NCBI GenBank assembly: GCA_002170775.2
Contig: NHIP02000014.1
Span: forward strand, 44,462 to 108,461
DNA from: Euryarchaeota archaeon TMED192
GTDB taxonomy: Archaea > Thermoplasmatota > Poseidoniia > Poseidoniales > Thalassarchaeaceae
DNA length: 64,000 bases
Direction of reading: 5' to 3'
Position 1 is the first letter of the stretch. The number at the start of each line of letters is the position of its first letter. Positions 52,562 to 62,734 of the stretch are shown piece by piece. Position numbers and translations under genes: made by a program. The notes beneath the pieces were generated by a model. The model was not told where the DNA came from. It saw only the letters and a program-made list of their open reading frames with translations, and searched no databases.

Positions 52562-53569
52562 TCACTGTATCGACTCAACCATTCTTCTCACAGACTCTTC
52601 GGAAGATATCGAACCGTCAAGTAAATGGCATAAAGCATTCAGGAATGGAGTTTCCCAACCATTCTTCTCGGCAGTCTGAGAAAACATACGCGCTGCACGA
52701 ACACCCTCTGCCACCATTGTCATCTGTGCCAAGGCTTCTTCTAGGGATAATCCTCTCCCGAGCATCTCGCCAAGTGTACGATTTCTACTCCTTGGGCTTG
52801 TCGAGGTGACGTAAAGATCCCCTATTCCTGCAGGTCCAAAAGCAGTGTCCGGACTTGCACCCATCATTGAGAGAAGATATCTGCCTTCATTGAAACCAGA
52901 TTGCACAAGTGCGGCTTTCAGATTATCCCCTCCGATGGATCCTCTTAGCCCATCAACTAGACCGCAGGCAAGAGCAACCGTATTCTTGTACGCCCCCCAG
53001 AGTTCCGCCCCAACGGGATCATCAGCCGATGTGAGAATAAGCGTCTTAGTGGAAAGACGCTGCGCTATCTTGCTTGCAACAGAATCATCATCACACGCTA
53101 CTAGAGCACTCGTGATCACACCTCTCGCAACCTCGGGCGCTATAGTAGGGCCTGTTAGGACTAAGACAGGATTCGACTTGTTTACGGCACGAAGTCGCTG
53201 TTCAATTGCATTTGATATCATTCCATCTTCGCTGGCCTCTTCGGGCGCTAGGCCTTTAGCAAGATCCAGAATCACATGTGAGGGCCTGAGGTCTGGTAGA
53301 ACTAAATCAATAACTTCCAGGATAACTCCGCTTGGCAATGCAAAAACGAGAATCTCTGAGCTTTCAAGAATATCCTCATGAGCCATTGTCGCCTGAAGGT
53401 TTGGAATTTCAATATCTGGCAAATATTTGTGATTTATGGACTCCATCATTAGAGACTCATATACATCGTTCTCAATTGTCCACCCGGTAACCGTGTGTCC
53501 GTCCTCCCCCCATATCTTTGCAAGAGCCGTCCCCCAGTTCCCCATGCCAAAGATCCCTATACGAGCCAT
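52562..53569 (-). CDS. gpsA: NAD(P)H-dependent glycerol-3-phosphate dehydrogenase
   Basis: GMGNWGTALA, NHKYLP, ALPS, AKGL, GPTIA.EV, GAYKNTVALACG, DNLKAAL, GIGDLYVT..SRNR, AEGV. Confidence 0.95.
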   Translation of the reverse strand: MARIGIFGMGNWGTALAKIWGEDGHTVTGWTIENDVYESLMMESINHKYLPDIEIPNLQATMAHEDILESSEILVFALPSGVILEVIDLVLPDLRPSHVILDLAKGLAPEEASEDGMISNAIEQRLRAVNKSNPVLVLTGPTIAPEVARGVITSALVACDDDSVASKIAQRLSTKTLILTSADDPVGAELWGAYKNTVALACGLVDGLRGSIGGDNLKAALVQSGFNEGRYLLSMMGASPDTAFGPAGIGDLYVTSTSPRSRNRTLGEMLGRGLSLEEALAQMTMVAEGVRAARMFSQTAEKNGWETPFLNALCHLLDGSISSEESVRRMVESIQ

Positions 53570-53747
53570 AGAAACACCTAGATGGCCGTCCGCGGATGGT
53601 CCTCGTTATGACCTTGGCGGGAATATAGAGCCGATGGACCGGTGTCTCAACCACTTAGTAGACTCTTCAGACAGAAAGATCTGTAGCATCAGGGAGCAAG
53701 CAGCCCGCGGCATCGTAAAATATGGCGCTCAACGGGATGGAACCCTA

Positions 53748-53832
53748 GCAGGGGTTCCCGAGCGGTCAAAGGGGCTGGGTTTAGGTCCCAGTGCGTAGTG
53801 CTTCGCAGGTTCGAATCCTGTCCCCTGCACCA
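53748..53832 (+). tRNA. tRNA-Leu(TAG)
   Basis: Acceptor GCAGGGG/CCCCTGC, anticodon arm CTGGG-TT-TAG-GT-CCCAG, variable arm, GTTCGAATC, encoded CCA; AT-rich TAAAATAT about 25-32 nt upstream. Confidence 0.97.
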
Positions 53833-53898
53833 AATCAACAGGCTAGTTTCAGCGAAAGCCGCCAACGGTTTGATGAAGTACCTGTAGTATGGGATATC

Positions 53899-55974
53899 GT
53901 GGCGACCCGAGACAAGTCCTCTCGACTCGATCTAAATAAGGACGGTCAAGTAGATCTCGGCGATGTTTCCCACATCATCACTGAGGCTGAGAAAATACGG
54001 CTTGATCGCGACCTCGATTCGATAAGAGAGAGAAGATTGGGAGATACGAGATTCTTTAGATGGGCCGTCGAGGACTACGTACTTCTTTTCGGAGTCGTTT
54101 TCGGCGGGCTATTCGTGATGCTTATCGCAGTTTCAAGTACTGGGTTGATAGCCGGCGATTCGGTCGCAATCGACCAGACCTTATCCGGAACTCCCTTGGA
54201 CACAGGAGGAGAATGCATGGATAAGGAAGGCGAGATATGGCTATCAGTCTTCGAAGACCACCATGACCTGCGTGCACGTTCGTACAACGTCCCGGATAGC
54301 GATATAGCAATGCAAATCATCTACCTCGATTCAAGTAATAACCTCTCTGAAGAGCTACAGAGGGGTCTAGGGGACCTGTCCGTAACAATCGACGGCGAGG
54401 ATATCATGATTGGCGAACAATATGTGCAAGTTTCAATTTATGATATGCCCCTTGATTCACATCAGGAAGACAATCTATCGCAGATCGTTGAATCTTCCTC
54501 TGTAATCTTTAATCAGGAATTCCGAATTGAAGTGGAACACAAGAGCCGTGGAGGATTATTCTCCAGTGGAGAGGTAATTGACATCGATGTAGAAGAGACT
54601 GGTCCACGAGCATGTATGACGCTGAAGAATCTCGGGGAATGGGGTTGGTTATTGATGGCCGCAGAATGGGCTGGGGGGAGAGAAACTGCCATGTTAACAG
54701 GGGGAAGTGGCGGGGTACCTGCTTGGTGGATGGCCTTTGTTTCATTGGGAATGTCAATCGTTTTCCTATACATCCAGTATCCCTTGATGCACAAAATGTA
54801 TCATCGTGAAGGTGAAGAAACTCTGGATGCCAATCAGATTGAGCGGCTGATCTTCAGAATTCTCGAGTATTCTCAAGACGAGGCCTCAATTGAGATCGAT
54901 TTTGAACGCCTTAGAATGCAAGAGCGCCCCATATCGATAGATGTCTTTGTCCCATACACATCGAAAAGTCAGAGCATCATGACTCTAACAGAAGTCCGCT
55001 CAATCTTGATGCGGGATTTGTTATCTGAATTCGCCATATTCGGTGAAATGCGGCCATTACAGCTACGTGTCCAATCAACCTCCACAATCAATTCAGAAGA
55101 ATCGATGGTCATGAATTCAAGCCTCTCTCTGGAAGGGTTCGATCCATCGGTAATAGATGCCGACTACAGGCCATTCTTTGATTCCATTTCCATAGTCGGT
55201 ATGATCGAAGACTCTGCTAGGCCGGTAATATCCGAGTTACTAGACCAGTATGACTTGGAGGATGAAGGCACACTTGTATCTGCAGACAATCAGGCCGTTT
55301 ATGTGAGGATGATTTACCGCCCCTTGATGAGATTCAGCTACTTCTTCTTCCCAAGGAACTTTATTGAAATTGAGGAGAGTCTTTCTGAACGCCTGGAACA
55401 TGATCTCGCCGAACTCTTGAATGGAAGGAAGGTGATAGTCAGCGCCAGGAACCTAAGGCGAACTCTTGCAGACCAAGCAGTCGCAGGACGTGTGGAGCAA
55501 GGTGGTTCAAATTTCTCTGGAGAAGCACTTGTCGCCAAACAGCCCGGAATAACGGGAACACTCCTCCAGACTGTAGGGGGAGATATTCTTTCCAGTGTCG
55601 AATATGTGGCGCAGCGTAATCGGAAACGGATAGACAGGTATGGTTTCTGGGGCCTGATAGTATTCGTCTGGATCCCTTTCATGGCAAGTGGAGTATTAGT
55701 TGGTGCCATGCTGGGGCTTGTCGCGAGAATGAAATTTGAGCGAGTGCTCTTTGCATGCACTTTAGGCGGAACCGCAGCATCCATCACTTGGGCGTACACA
55801 GCAAGAGGAATAATCGAATTCATGGAACGATACCAAGCTGAAGTTTTGATTCCTTTTTTGATTGGGCTAGTTTTTCTATTCACATTCTTCCATCTGAGGA
55901 GAAATAAAAGGCGGAGAAGAGAAGAACTCTTCAGGGAATCCATGGCATTCTTCAACCGGGTATCTCTAAATTAG
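53899..55974 (+). CDS. Multi-domain membrane protein with small multi-drug export (COG2426-like) domain and EF-hand-like loop
   Basis: C-terminal RYGFWGLIVFVWIPFMASGVLVGAMLG; central GGRETAM TM pair; N-terminal DLNKDGQVDLGD. Track start lies within tRNA-Leu, so GTG 53899 is used. Confidence 0.72.
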   Translation: MATRDKSSRLDLNKDGQVDLGDVSHIITEAEKIRLDRDLDSIRERRLGDTRFFRWAVEDYVLLFGVVFGGLFVMLIAVSSTGLIAGDSVAIDQTLSGTPLDTGGECMDKEGEIWLSVFEDHHDLRARSYNVPDSDIAMQIIYLDSSNNLSEELQRGLGDLSVTIDGEDIMIGEQYVQVSIYDMPLDSHQEDNLSQIVESSSVIFNQEFRIEVEHKSRGGLFSSGEVIDIDVEETGPRACMTLKNLGEWGWLLMAAEWAGGRETAMLTGGSGGVPAWWMAFVSLGMSIVFLYIQYPLMHKMYHREGEETLDANQIERLIFRILEYSQDEASIEIDFERLRMQERPISIDVFVPYTSKSQSIMTLTEVRSILMRDLLSEFAIFGEMRPLQLRVQSTSTINSEESMVMNSSLSLEGFDPSVIDADYRPFFDSISIVGMIEDSARPVISELLDQYDLEDEGTLVSADNQAVYVRMIYRPLMRFSYFFFPRNFIEIEESLSERLEHDLAELLNGRKVIVSARNLRRTLADQAVAGRVEQGGSNFSGEALVAKQPGITGTLLQTVGGDILSSVEYVAQRNRKRIDRYGFWGLIVFVWIPFMASGVLVGAMLGLVARMKFERVLFACTLGGTAASITWAYTARGIIEFMERYQAEVLIPFLIGLVFLFTFFHLRRNKRRRREELFRESMAFFNRVSLN

Positions 55975-56024
55975 TAAATTTTTGAAAGCGATAGTAAATT
56001 AGGCCCCCACGTGCCCATTAAGGT

Positions 56025-56831
56025 ATGGCCCTAGTAGACATAAAATCACTTGAGCGGCATTACGTTATGCCGTCAGGGACCGTGAAAGCTCTTGACGGGG
56101 TCGACTTGGAGATAAAAGAAGGTGAAAGGATAATTCTCCTTGGACCTTCTGGGTCTGGGAAGTCCACCTTGCTCAATTGCCTCTCTGCATTGGACACACC
56201 AACAGGAGGTTCCTACGAATTCGCGGGCAAGGAGGTACCCAGGGCTTCGGCATTGGGGCCTAAGTTGTGGGAAAAAATATCCTCAATTCAATGGAATCCC
56301 CTGACCCTTATACCGCCACTTCGATTTTTGTTTTACCCTATTGATTATTTCACCCATTCTAGGCCTGAGTCGAAGGCTAGCGAACAGATGACTCGGTTTA
56401 GGAGGGACAATATTGGGTATGTATTCCAATTCTTCAATTTACTACAAGATCTAACAGTTCTTGAGAATATCCTGCTTATTCAGGAGTTAGCAGATGGAAG
56501 GGATGAGGAGCGAGCACTACATCTTCTCAAAATAGTAGGATTAGAGGCTGAAGTTAACAGATTTCCAGCAGAGATCAGTGGGGGCCAACAACAGAGAGTC
56601 GCAATTGCTCGCAGCCTCGCCAAGAGTCCAAGGCTGCTGCTGGGAGATGAGTTGACAGGAAATCTTGATTCAAAGACTTCAACCATGGTGATGGAAGTCC
56701 TTGTCAAGGCATGTGAGGCGGAACGGATAACCTGTGTTTTGGTGACTCATGATGAATCATTGATTGAATTCGCTACAAGAGTAATTAGGATTGACAGTGG
56801 AAAAATAATTTCCGATGAGATTGTTGAATGA
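56025..56831 (+). CDS. ABC transporter ATPase, LolD/MacB-like
   Basis: ALDGVDL, GPSGSGKST, IGYVFQFFNL, ISGGQQQRVAIAR, DELTGNLD, VTHD. Confidence 0.92.
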   Translation: MALVDIKSLERHYVMPSGTVKALDGVDLEIKEGERIILLGPSGSGKSTLLNCLSALDTPTGGSYEFAGKEVPRASALGPKLWEKISSIQWNPLTLIPPLRFLFYPIDYFTHSRPESKASEQMTRFRRDNIGYVFQFFNLLQDLTVLENILLIQELADGRDEERALHLLKIVGLEAEVNRFPAEISGGQQQRVAIARSLAKSPRLLLGDELTGNLDSKTSTMVMEVLVKACEAERITCVLVTHDESLIEFATRVIRIDSGKIISDEIVE

Positions 56832-59289
56832 GGCGGGATTCTTGTTTGGATTACTAACAAAGCGTTTGGCACGAAGCCTTTGGCGCACAAAGATACGACT
56901 TTTTGCAGTAGTAATCATGGTGATGGTCGGCGTTTTCGCAGGCATATCTTTTGCAGCATACGCTCATACCGCATCAAGCATGTACGATGATATCTATGCA
57001 GATACAGATAACGGAGTGAATCTTGCAGATATATGGGTGGAAAATCCCGGATCGACATGGAATGGAAGCGCTGCTGACTCTATTTGTGATGAAATTGAAG
57101 CCCAATGGCCGGATTCAGATTTGTCACTAAACGAATGCGAGCCTCGTCTGAAACTAGACGGCGTCATGTTCCACATCAGCGATGACGGCCAAGAATCCAT
57201 CATTCCTGCAGTTTGGCACGGAATTGATCAAGGGCATGTCGACAGAGTTTGGTTTCCCGATCATGAATGTTGCTCAGGGGCGATGCCCAGCGCAATTGAT
57301 GAGATAGTTGTGGATGTGAGGGTGGCTGAAGGAATGGATGTTGGAATTGGCGATAGCATCACCATAGGCGCAGGATTCGGCAGTATGAATTACAGTGTCG
57401 TCGGCATAGGGTTTCACCCAAATCACCTGTATTACGCTCAGAGCGGGTCACTATTCCCCGCAGATCCTGGAACATTTGCTACTGGATACTTGACGGCCGG
57501 GGGCCTCGAGAAGTTAGCGAATCTCAGCGTTGGATCAGCAAATCTCCTACTCATTGACATAGTCGGAACTCCGGAATATGACTTGCAATCGACAACCGAT
57601 ATCGAAGGCGAAGAAACCATCTTCGTCATTGATGAAATTGACTCTATTTTACAAGATATCCAAGACTCTCCCTCTCTGGTATACAGCCGCTCCGGAGTTG
57701 AATCAGTAGAATTTCTTCGTGCTGATGCGGAAAGTGCAATGGAGATTTATGTGCCAGTTACAGCTATGATTGCAATAGTTGCTGGAATAACCATTTTCTT
57801 GAGCCTTCAAAGGCTGGTGCAGTCCCAAGCTAGAGAGATTGCGATACTTAGGACCCTCGGAATCCCAAGAAACGTCATAATTCCAGGATATATCCTAATG
57901 CCGATAATAATCGGTTTGGTAGGCTGTCTTTTAGGGGGGATATTTGGAATATTATTCGGCGCCCCATCTATGTTAGGCATCTATGAAGGGGTGCTGGGAA
58001 TCCCAATTATCGAATCTGCAGATATCAACCCAATCTTGCTGCAAATATCCGGGATTGCCATGCTAATAGTTCTGTTTTCTGGCATTCTCCCAGCTATACA
58101 GGCTTCCAGGCTGCAGCCCCTAGAGATTATGCGCGGACAACATCAGATTAGACTGTCATCCAGGATGCTACAGAGGTTAACTTCCAGGCTCCCTTCCACC
58201 GTGGGGCTAACAATCCGATCTAGCATAAGAAAGCCTGCCAGACTAGCCTTCACGTTCTTCGCTGTTGGCCTGTCTATGCTAATTTTCGGAAGTATGAGTT
58301 TAATGATGGGCACAATGGAAGAAGCGATAGTTGGTAATGTTGAGGACAACCAAAATTGGGATGCTGAAGTTACAGTTCCCTTTGGAGGAGAGGTAGCAGT
58401 TAGTGAATGGGCTGAAGAGAGAGGTGCAAATTACGAATTGAAGTTAGCGTTCCCGGCCAATCCCGTGGGGGATTCGAGGTATCTAACTGTCAATGGATTA
58501 GATACAATATCAACCAATGACAATTCTATGATAGTCTTAGATCTCAAGGAAGGATCACTTCCTGTGGCTAATTCTGAAATTATTCAGGTGCTCGTTGATG
58601 AGGGGCTGCAGCACTTCCTAGATTGGCAAGTCGGCCAAACTCAGACAATCATGTTCGGCGCCAATCCAATGAATATTGAGATAACCGGTATCACTCAAGG
58701 AGAAATATCGAGAACCATATATGTCCACCGGCAGGATTTGGCTCCTGTGGTGGGGATAGAGGCGACCTCTGTTTTGATTGAACTGCCAAGTGGGGCGGAA
58801 GTCGACAGCGAATTGGGCGAAATTTCACTCGGGGTGACTCAAAAAGTGGACTTAATCTCAACTTTTGAGACTATTCTCGATCAGCAACAGGCAATTTTCA
58901 GCTCAGTCTTAGCGCTTGGAATAATCATTGCGATAGTCGTTTTATTCAACACGCTAATTATGAATCTTGCAGAACGAGACGTGGAGATAGCGACATTACG
59001 GGTGCTTGGTGCCCCAATCAACAAGATTGGGGGGATGATGCTGGGCGAACATATCGCCATTGGCCTAATCGGCGGAATTCTGGCCACTGGATTCACAATT
59101 ATTGGCACCCAGGCTCTAGTTTCTACATTCATACAATGGGCATTTTATCTGACCGTCAGCCCTGATTCCATGGTCATAGCGCAACTCGTCGGCATAGTCG
59201 TTTTCATATCAGTAATGCTCACTCCCTTCGGAATGTGGCGAATTAGTAGGTTAGATCTCGTCGAGAAGGTCAAAGACCTATCTCAGTGA
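56815..59289 (+). CDS. FtsX/MacB-like (type VII) ABC permease with duplicated domains
   Basis: Two REIAILRTLG / VEIATLRVLG motifs, two large extracellular loops, ~8 TMs. Start may be TTG 56842. Confidence 0.9.
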   Translation: MRLLNEAGFLFGLLTKRLARSLWRTKIRLFAVVIMVMVGVFAGISFAAYAHTASSMYDDIYADTDNGVNLADIWVENPGSTWNGSAADSICDEIEAQWPDSDLSLNECEPRLKLDGVMFHISDDGQESIIPAVWHGIDQGHVDRVWFPDHECCSGAMPSAIDEIVVDVRVAEGMDVGIGDSITIGAGFGSMNYSVVGIGFHPNHLYYAQSGSLFPADPGTFATGYLTAGGLEKLANLSVGSANLLLIDIVGTPEYDLQSTTDIEGEETIFVIDEIDSILQDIQDSPSLVYSRSGVESVEFLRADAESAMEIYVPVTAMIAIVAGITIFLSLQRLVQSQAREIAILRTLGIPRNVIIPGYILMPIIIGLVGCLLGGIFGILFGAPSMLGIYEGVLGIPIIESADINPILLQISGIAMLIVLFSGILPAIQASRLQPLEIMRGQHQIRLSSRMLQRLTSRLPSTVGLTIRSSIRKPARLAFTFFAVGLSMLIFGSMSLMMGTMEEAIVGNVEDNQNWDAEVTVPFGGEVAVSEWAEERGANYELKLAFPANPVGDSRYLTVNGLDTISTNDNSMIVLDLKEGSLPVANSEIIQVLVDEGLQHFLDWQVGQTQTIMFGANPMNIEITGITQGEISRTIYVHRQDLAPVVGIEATSVLIELPSGAEVDSELGEISLGVTQKVDLISTFETILDQQQAIFSSVLALGIIIAIVVLFNTLIMNLAERDVEIATLRVLGAPINKIGGMMLGEHIAIGLIGGILATGFTIIGTQALVSTFIQWAFYLTVSPDSMVIAQLVGIVVFISVMLTPFGMWRISRLDLVEKVKDLSQ

Positions 59290-59299
59290 GTCAGTCTAT

Positions 59300-60085
59300 A
59301 TGCGGGTTGTTACGTGGAACCTAAACGGCATCCGAGCCGCTCATCGAAAGGGACTTGATGATTTCATTGAGAAAATCGACGCTGACATCATGCTATTCCA
59401 AGAGGTTAGGGCGCTACCTGAACAGATGCCAAAGGATTGGTCTGAACCAGAAGGGTATGAGTTGATCTGGCATCCAGCGGACAAGAAAGGATATTCTGGA
59501 GTTATGTCATGCTCGAGAATCGAAATGGACGAGATCGAAAGGGGCATTGATACCAATTTGGACGACTCTAGGGACCCGGAAGGCAGGGTTTTGGTCACAA
59601 AGCATGGCAATCTGAGTTGCATCAACATGTATCTTCCAAATGGCTCATCGAGACAGGAGCGCCAAGACTACAAAGATCAATGGCTCGAAGATATGCTTGA
59701 TTGGAGTAGGAAATTTGTCGAATCGAAGGAACCCGCACTACTTTGTGGAGATTTGAACATAGCCCATACTGAGAACGACATCTGGAATCCGAAAGGAAAC
59801 AAGAGGACATCCGGATTCCTAGATAATGAGAGGCAATGGTTCGATAGACTGATTGATATCGGTTGGGAAGATTTACTCAGAAATCATCTCGGGCCAATAA
59901 AGGGGCCTTATTCGTGGTGGTCTAACAGGGGCCGGGCCAGAGAGCTCGACAGGGGGTGGAGAATCGACTATATTCTCGCCAACCCTGCTGCTTCTGAAAC
60001 CTTCATTTCAGCGGAGATAATACGGGAAGGTGGCCTTACGGTTTCAGATCACGCACCAGTGGTTGCAGATTTCGCAGACGAATAG
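59300..60085 (+). CDS. xth: Exodeoxyribonuclease III (AP endonuclease)
   Basis: VTWNLNGIRA, FQEV, KKGYSGV, EGR, YLPNG, CGDLNIAH, YSWWSNRG, GWRIDY, SDHAP. Confidence 0.96.
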   Translation: MRVVTWNLNGIRAAHRKGLDDFIEKIDADIMLFQEVRALPEQMPKDWSEPEGYELIWHPADKKGYSGVMSCSRIEMDEIERGIDTNLDDSRDPEGRVLVTKHGNLSCINMYLPNGSSRQERQDYKDQWLEDMLDWSRKFVESKEPALLCGDLNIAHTENDIWNPKGNKRTSGFLDNERQWFDRLIDIGWEDLLRNHLGPIKGPYSWWSNRGRARELDRGWRIDYILANPAASETFISAEIIREGGLTVSDHAPVVADFADE

Positions 60086-60121
60086 CAGAGATTCAAACGC
60101 ACCGGCCTGTTAGTTCAACAT

Positions 60122-60916
60122 ATGGCAGATGATGTCAACGACGCTCTCTCTTCGCTGTTGCCGGGTGGCAGAGGTGTGTGGATACCCATGGATCATGGTT
60201 TAAGCTCCTACCCGGTAGAGGGTCTCAATGACATCGACTCAGCCGTGGATGATTGTATATCTGCAGGTGCCGACGCAATCGTTCTCCAGAAAGGAGTACT
60301 TTCATATCAATTATCGAGGACAAAATGGAAAAATTTCGTAATGCACGTATCAGCGTCTACGATACACGGCGGAGAAAATGCAGATAGAAAGATACTCGTT
60401 GGAACTGCAAAGGAGGCCCACAAGAGAGGCGCAAGTGGTCTTTCTTGCCAAATAAATCTCGGAGATAAAATGGAATATGAGATGATGGAATCTGCAGGCG
60501 CCCTCACCACCTCTGCGTTGAAATATACATTGCCAGTTCTAGGAATGGTATACCCAAGAGGCCCAAACTTGGTGCTAGGTGAGGAGGATGCGACCTATGG
60601 CGTTGCACATGCAGCTCGTGTGGCATGGGAATTGGGATGTCATGTGGCCAAGGTGCCGTGGACGGGAGACGCCGAGTCTTTCGAAGAGGTCTGCTCCGCA
60701 GCCCCCATTCCCGTATTAATCGCAGGCGGCCCCAAGGGGAAGCCGTTCACCCAGACACTCGAGATTGTAGAAAGCGCGATATCATCAGGAGCTTCTGGGG
60801 TGTGCATGGGTCGACAAGTCTTCTCCTCATCCAATCGAGTTGGCAGGATTAAAGCCCTCAGAGCAATTGTCCACGAAGGCGCAACCGCTGATCAGGCTTC
60901 CACTTTGCTGGAGTGA
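60122..60916 (+). CDS. 2-amino-3,7-dideoxy-D-threo-hept-6-ulosonate (ADH) synthase, class I aldolase (archaeal AroA')
   Basis: IPMDHG, MVYPRG, AHAARVAWELG, Schiff-base K in VAKVPWTGD, IAGGPK, MGRQVF; first gene of an aro operon. Confidence 0.85.
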   Translation: MADDVNDALSSLLPGGRGVWIPMDHGLSSYPVEGLNDIDSAVDDCISAGADAIVLQKGVLSYQLSRTKWKNFVMHVSASTIHGGENADRKILVGTAKEAHKRGASGLSCQINLGDKMEYEMMESAGALTTSALKYTLPVLGMVYPRGPNLVLGEEDATYGVAHAARVAWELGCHVAKVPWTGDAESFEEVCSAAPIPVLIAGGPKGKPFTQTLEIVESAISSGASGVCMGRQVFSSSNRVGRIKALRAIVHEGATADQASTLLE

Positions 60917-60923
60917 ATGGCGC

Positions 60924-61880
60924 ATGGATTTGTGGCTAGACATAACTACCTTCGAATCCGAGGAGGAATTCAATCAAGAATTCCAAGATCAGTTCAGCAG
61001 ACTTTGGAATGGCTCTTCAAGTGACGTGGCAGTCGTTCAACTCGATGATTTTAGGGGTCAAGAGGATGCAAAGTCATTGATCGGCATGGTTGAATGGATA
61101 CTCGTTCGATGTTCTGACTGGACGATGATACCATTGGAAAACATCATCGCTGCAGCATCTGGGTCCGGAACTAGGGTTGCAGTTTCGATATCGAAGGAAA
61201 TCGAGCTCAACGGCGCAGCCTTTGCCTTGCAACACGGGGTCGATGCAATAGTGGTGCCTTTTGAACCAGGGATTATCAGTGCTGCGAAGAAAATTGCCGA
61301 AGAGAAACCATCGAAATATGCAGAATCAACCTACGCAGAAGCACGCCTCTCATTTGCAAATGTGGAATCAATACAATCTGGTGGAGTCGGAGAACGAGTC
61401 TGCGTAGATCTGACAGAAAGACTCGATTCAGGGGAAGGCATGTTGATTGGATCATCGGCCAATGCAATGGCCATTATACATGGGGAGACCATTCCCTCCG
61501 AGTATGTTCCAACACGCCCGTTTAGGGTAAATGCTGGTGCAGTACACGCATATTGCTTGATGGCTGACGGCTCCACAAAATATCTCAGTGAGCTTGAAGC
61601 AGGACATGAGGTGGCTGTAGTAAATTCGGAAGGGAAACTACGCCCAGCTACAATAGGCCGTCTAAAAATCGAGAGAAGACCATTCCTGATCATTCATTTT
61701 TCATTAGGACACGATGTCGGACAGATACTTGTCCAGCAGGCGGAGACAGTTCGCCTGGTCATACCAGGGGGGCATGTAAGCGTAACATCACTAAAGGCGG
61801 GTGACAAGATACTCGTTCGAGGCGATTCAGGCATGCGCCATGTGGGTCTTGAGTTGGCAGGGGAGATGAATGAAAGATGA
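60924..61880 (+). CDS. 3-dehydroquinate synthase II (archaeal AroB')
   Basis: DWTMIPLENIIA, GERVCVD, GEGMLIGSS, RPFRVNAGAVHAY, TKYLSEL, GRLKIERRP, QQAETVRL. Confidence 0.93.
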   Translation: MDLWLDITTFESEEEFNQEFQDQFSRLWNGSSSDVAVVQLDDFRGQEDAKSLIGMVEWILVRCSDWTMIPLENIIAAASGSGTRVAVSISKEIELNGAAFALQHGVDAIVVPFEPGIISAAKKIAEEKPSKYAESTYAEARLSFANVESIQSGGVGERVCVDLTERLDSGEGMLIGSSANAMAIIHGETIPSEYVPTRPFRVNAGAVHAYCLMADGSTKYLSELEAGHEVAVVNSEGKLRPATIGRLKIERRPFLIIHFSLGHDVGQILVQQAETVRLVIPGGHVSVTSLKAGDKILVRGDSGMRHVGLELAGEMNER

Positions 61881-62734
61881 ATTCTGAAACTTCAACACGC
61901 GCCTATGGGGGCATTAGCATCCTGCACGCAGCCGGTTGCGGTTGGGGCTGTACAATTCCACTGGAATTAACCTGCGAGGCCTTTGTATCCGACTCATGGC
62001 CCAATATCGATCAAGATCCATACATGTTGTTGGCACAATTGCGCCCCTCCCTGATGGAAGTGATTGGGCTTGATGTTGGAAAATCCTTCTTTTTCGAAAT
62101 AAGGAGCAAAATACCTCCCTCCATGGGGTTAAAGTCTTCATCAGCAGCCTCAGTTAGCTCAGTCAGATTCGCGGCGACAATGCACGGCATATCTCTTTCA
62201 GACTCGGAGACCATCCAAGTCGCAACTCAGATGCAACTTCGTGCAGGATGTTCGATGACTGGGTCATTCGACGATACATGGTCAGCATTAGGCAAGATGG
62301 CGGCGGTTATCCGCACTGATACTTCAAATCCGTCTGAGCCAGTAGCCTTGGTTGATATTGAATCGAGTATGTGCACAATATTGCTCAGGGGGATAAGGAA
62401 ATCAACTCCTGAAAAGTCAGATTTCCATCTAAATACGTCAAAATTCAAGACGGCTAGAGACCATTTGATGTCTGGAGATGTCCGAAGGGCAATGAGGGAA
62501 AATGCAGATGCAGTAGCGTTGTCAACGGGCGATGAACTAGCATCTGAGATTATTGATAGGCTGTTTTCTTTGGATTACACTGCAAATATATCGGGTTCTG
62601 GGCCTGCTATAGCCGTGTTACATGAACAAGATCAGGCAGACCATCTTTCTGAGGTTCTAGGCGCATACGGACCAACAATCACTACGAAGATTCTTCATGA
62701 CCCCCACCAAATGGAGGGAATACAATGGGCATGA
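61877..62734 (+). CDS. aroK: Archaeal shikimate kinase (GHMP family)
   Basis: AYGGISILHA, SKIPPSMGLKSSSAA, SMTGSFDD, ISGSGPA; operon context. Confidence 0.88.
   Translation: MNSETSTRAYGGISILHAAGCGWGCTIPLELTCEAFVSDSWPNIDQDPYMLLAQLRPSLMEVIGLDVGKSFFFEIRSKIPPSMGLKSSSAASVSSVRFAATMHGISLSDSETIQVATQMQLRAGCSMTGSFDDTWSALGKMAAVIRTDTSNPSEPVALVDIESSMCTILLRGIRKSTPEKSDFHLNTSKFKTARDHLMSGDVRRAMRENADAVALSTGDELASEIIDRLFSLDYTANISGSGPAIAVLHEQDQADHLSEVLGAYGPTITTKILHDPHQMEGIQWA

Noticed and set aside
53570..53747. 178-bp gap between gpsA and tRNA-Leu as a C/D or H/ACA sRNA
   Set aside because: No clear C/D boxes or stable hairpin seen; divergent promoters are sufficient.
53436..53898. Track ORF 53436..53798 and the 5' part of 53791..55974
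   Set aside because: They overlap gpsA antisense and tRNA-Leu, and show no recognisable motifs.
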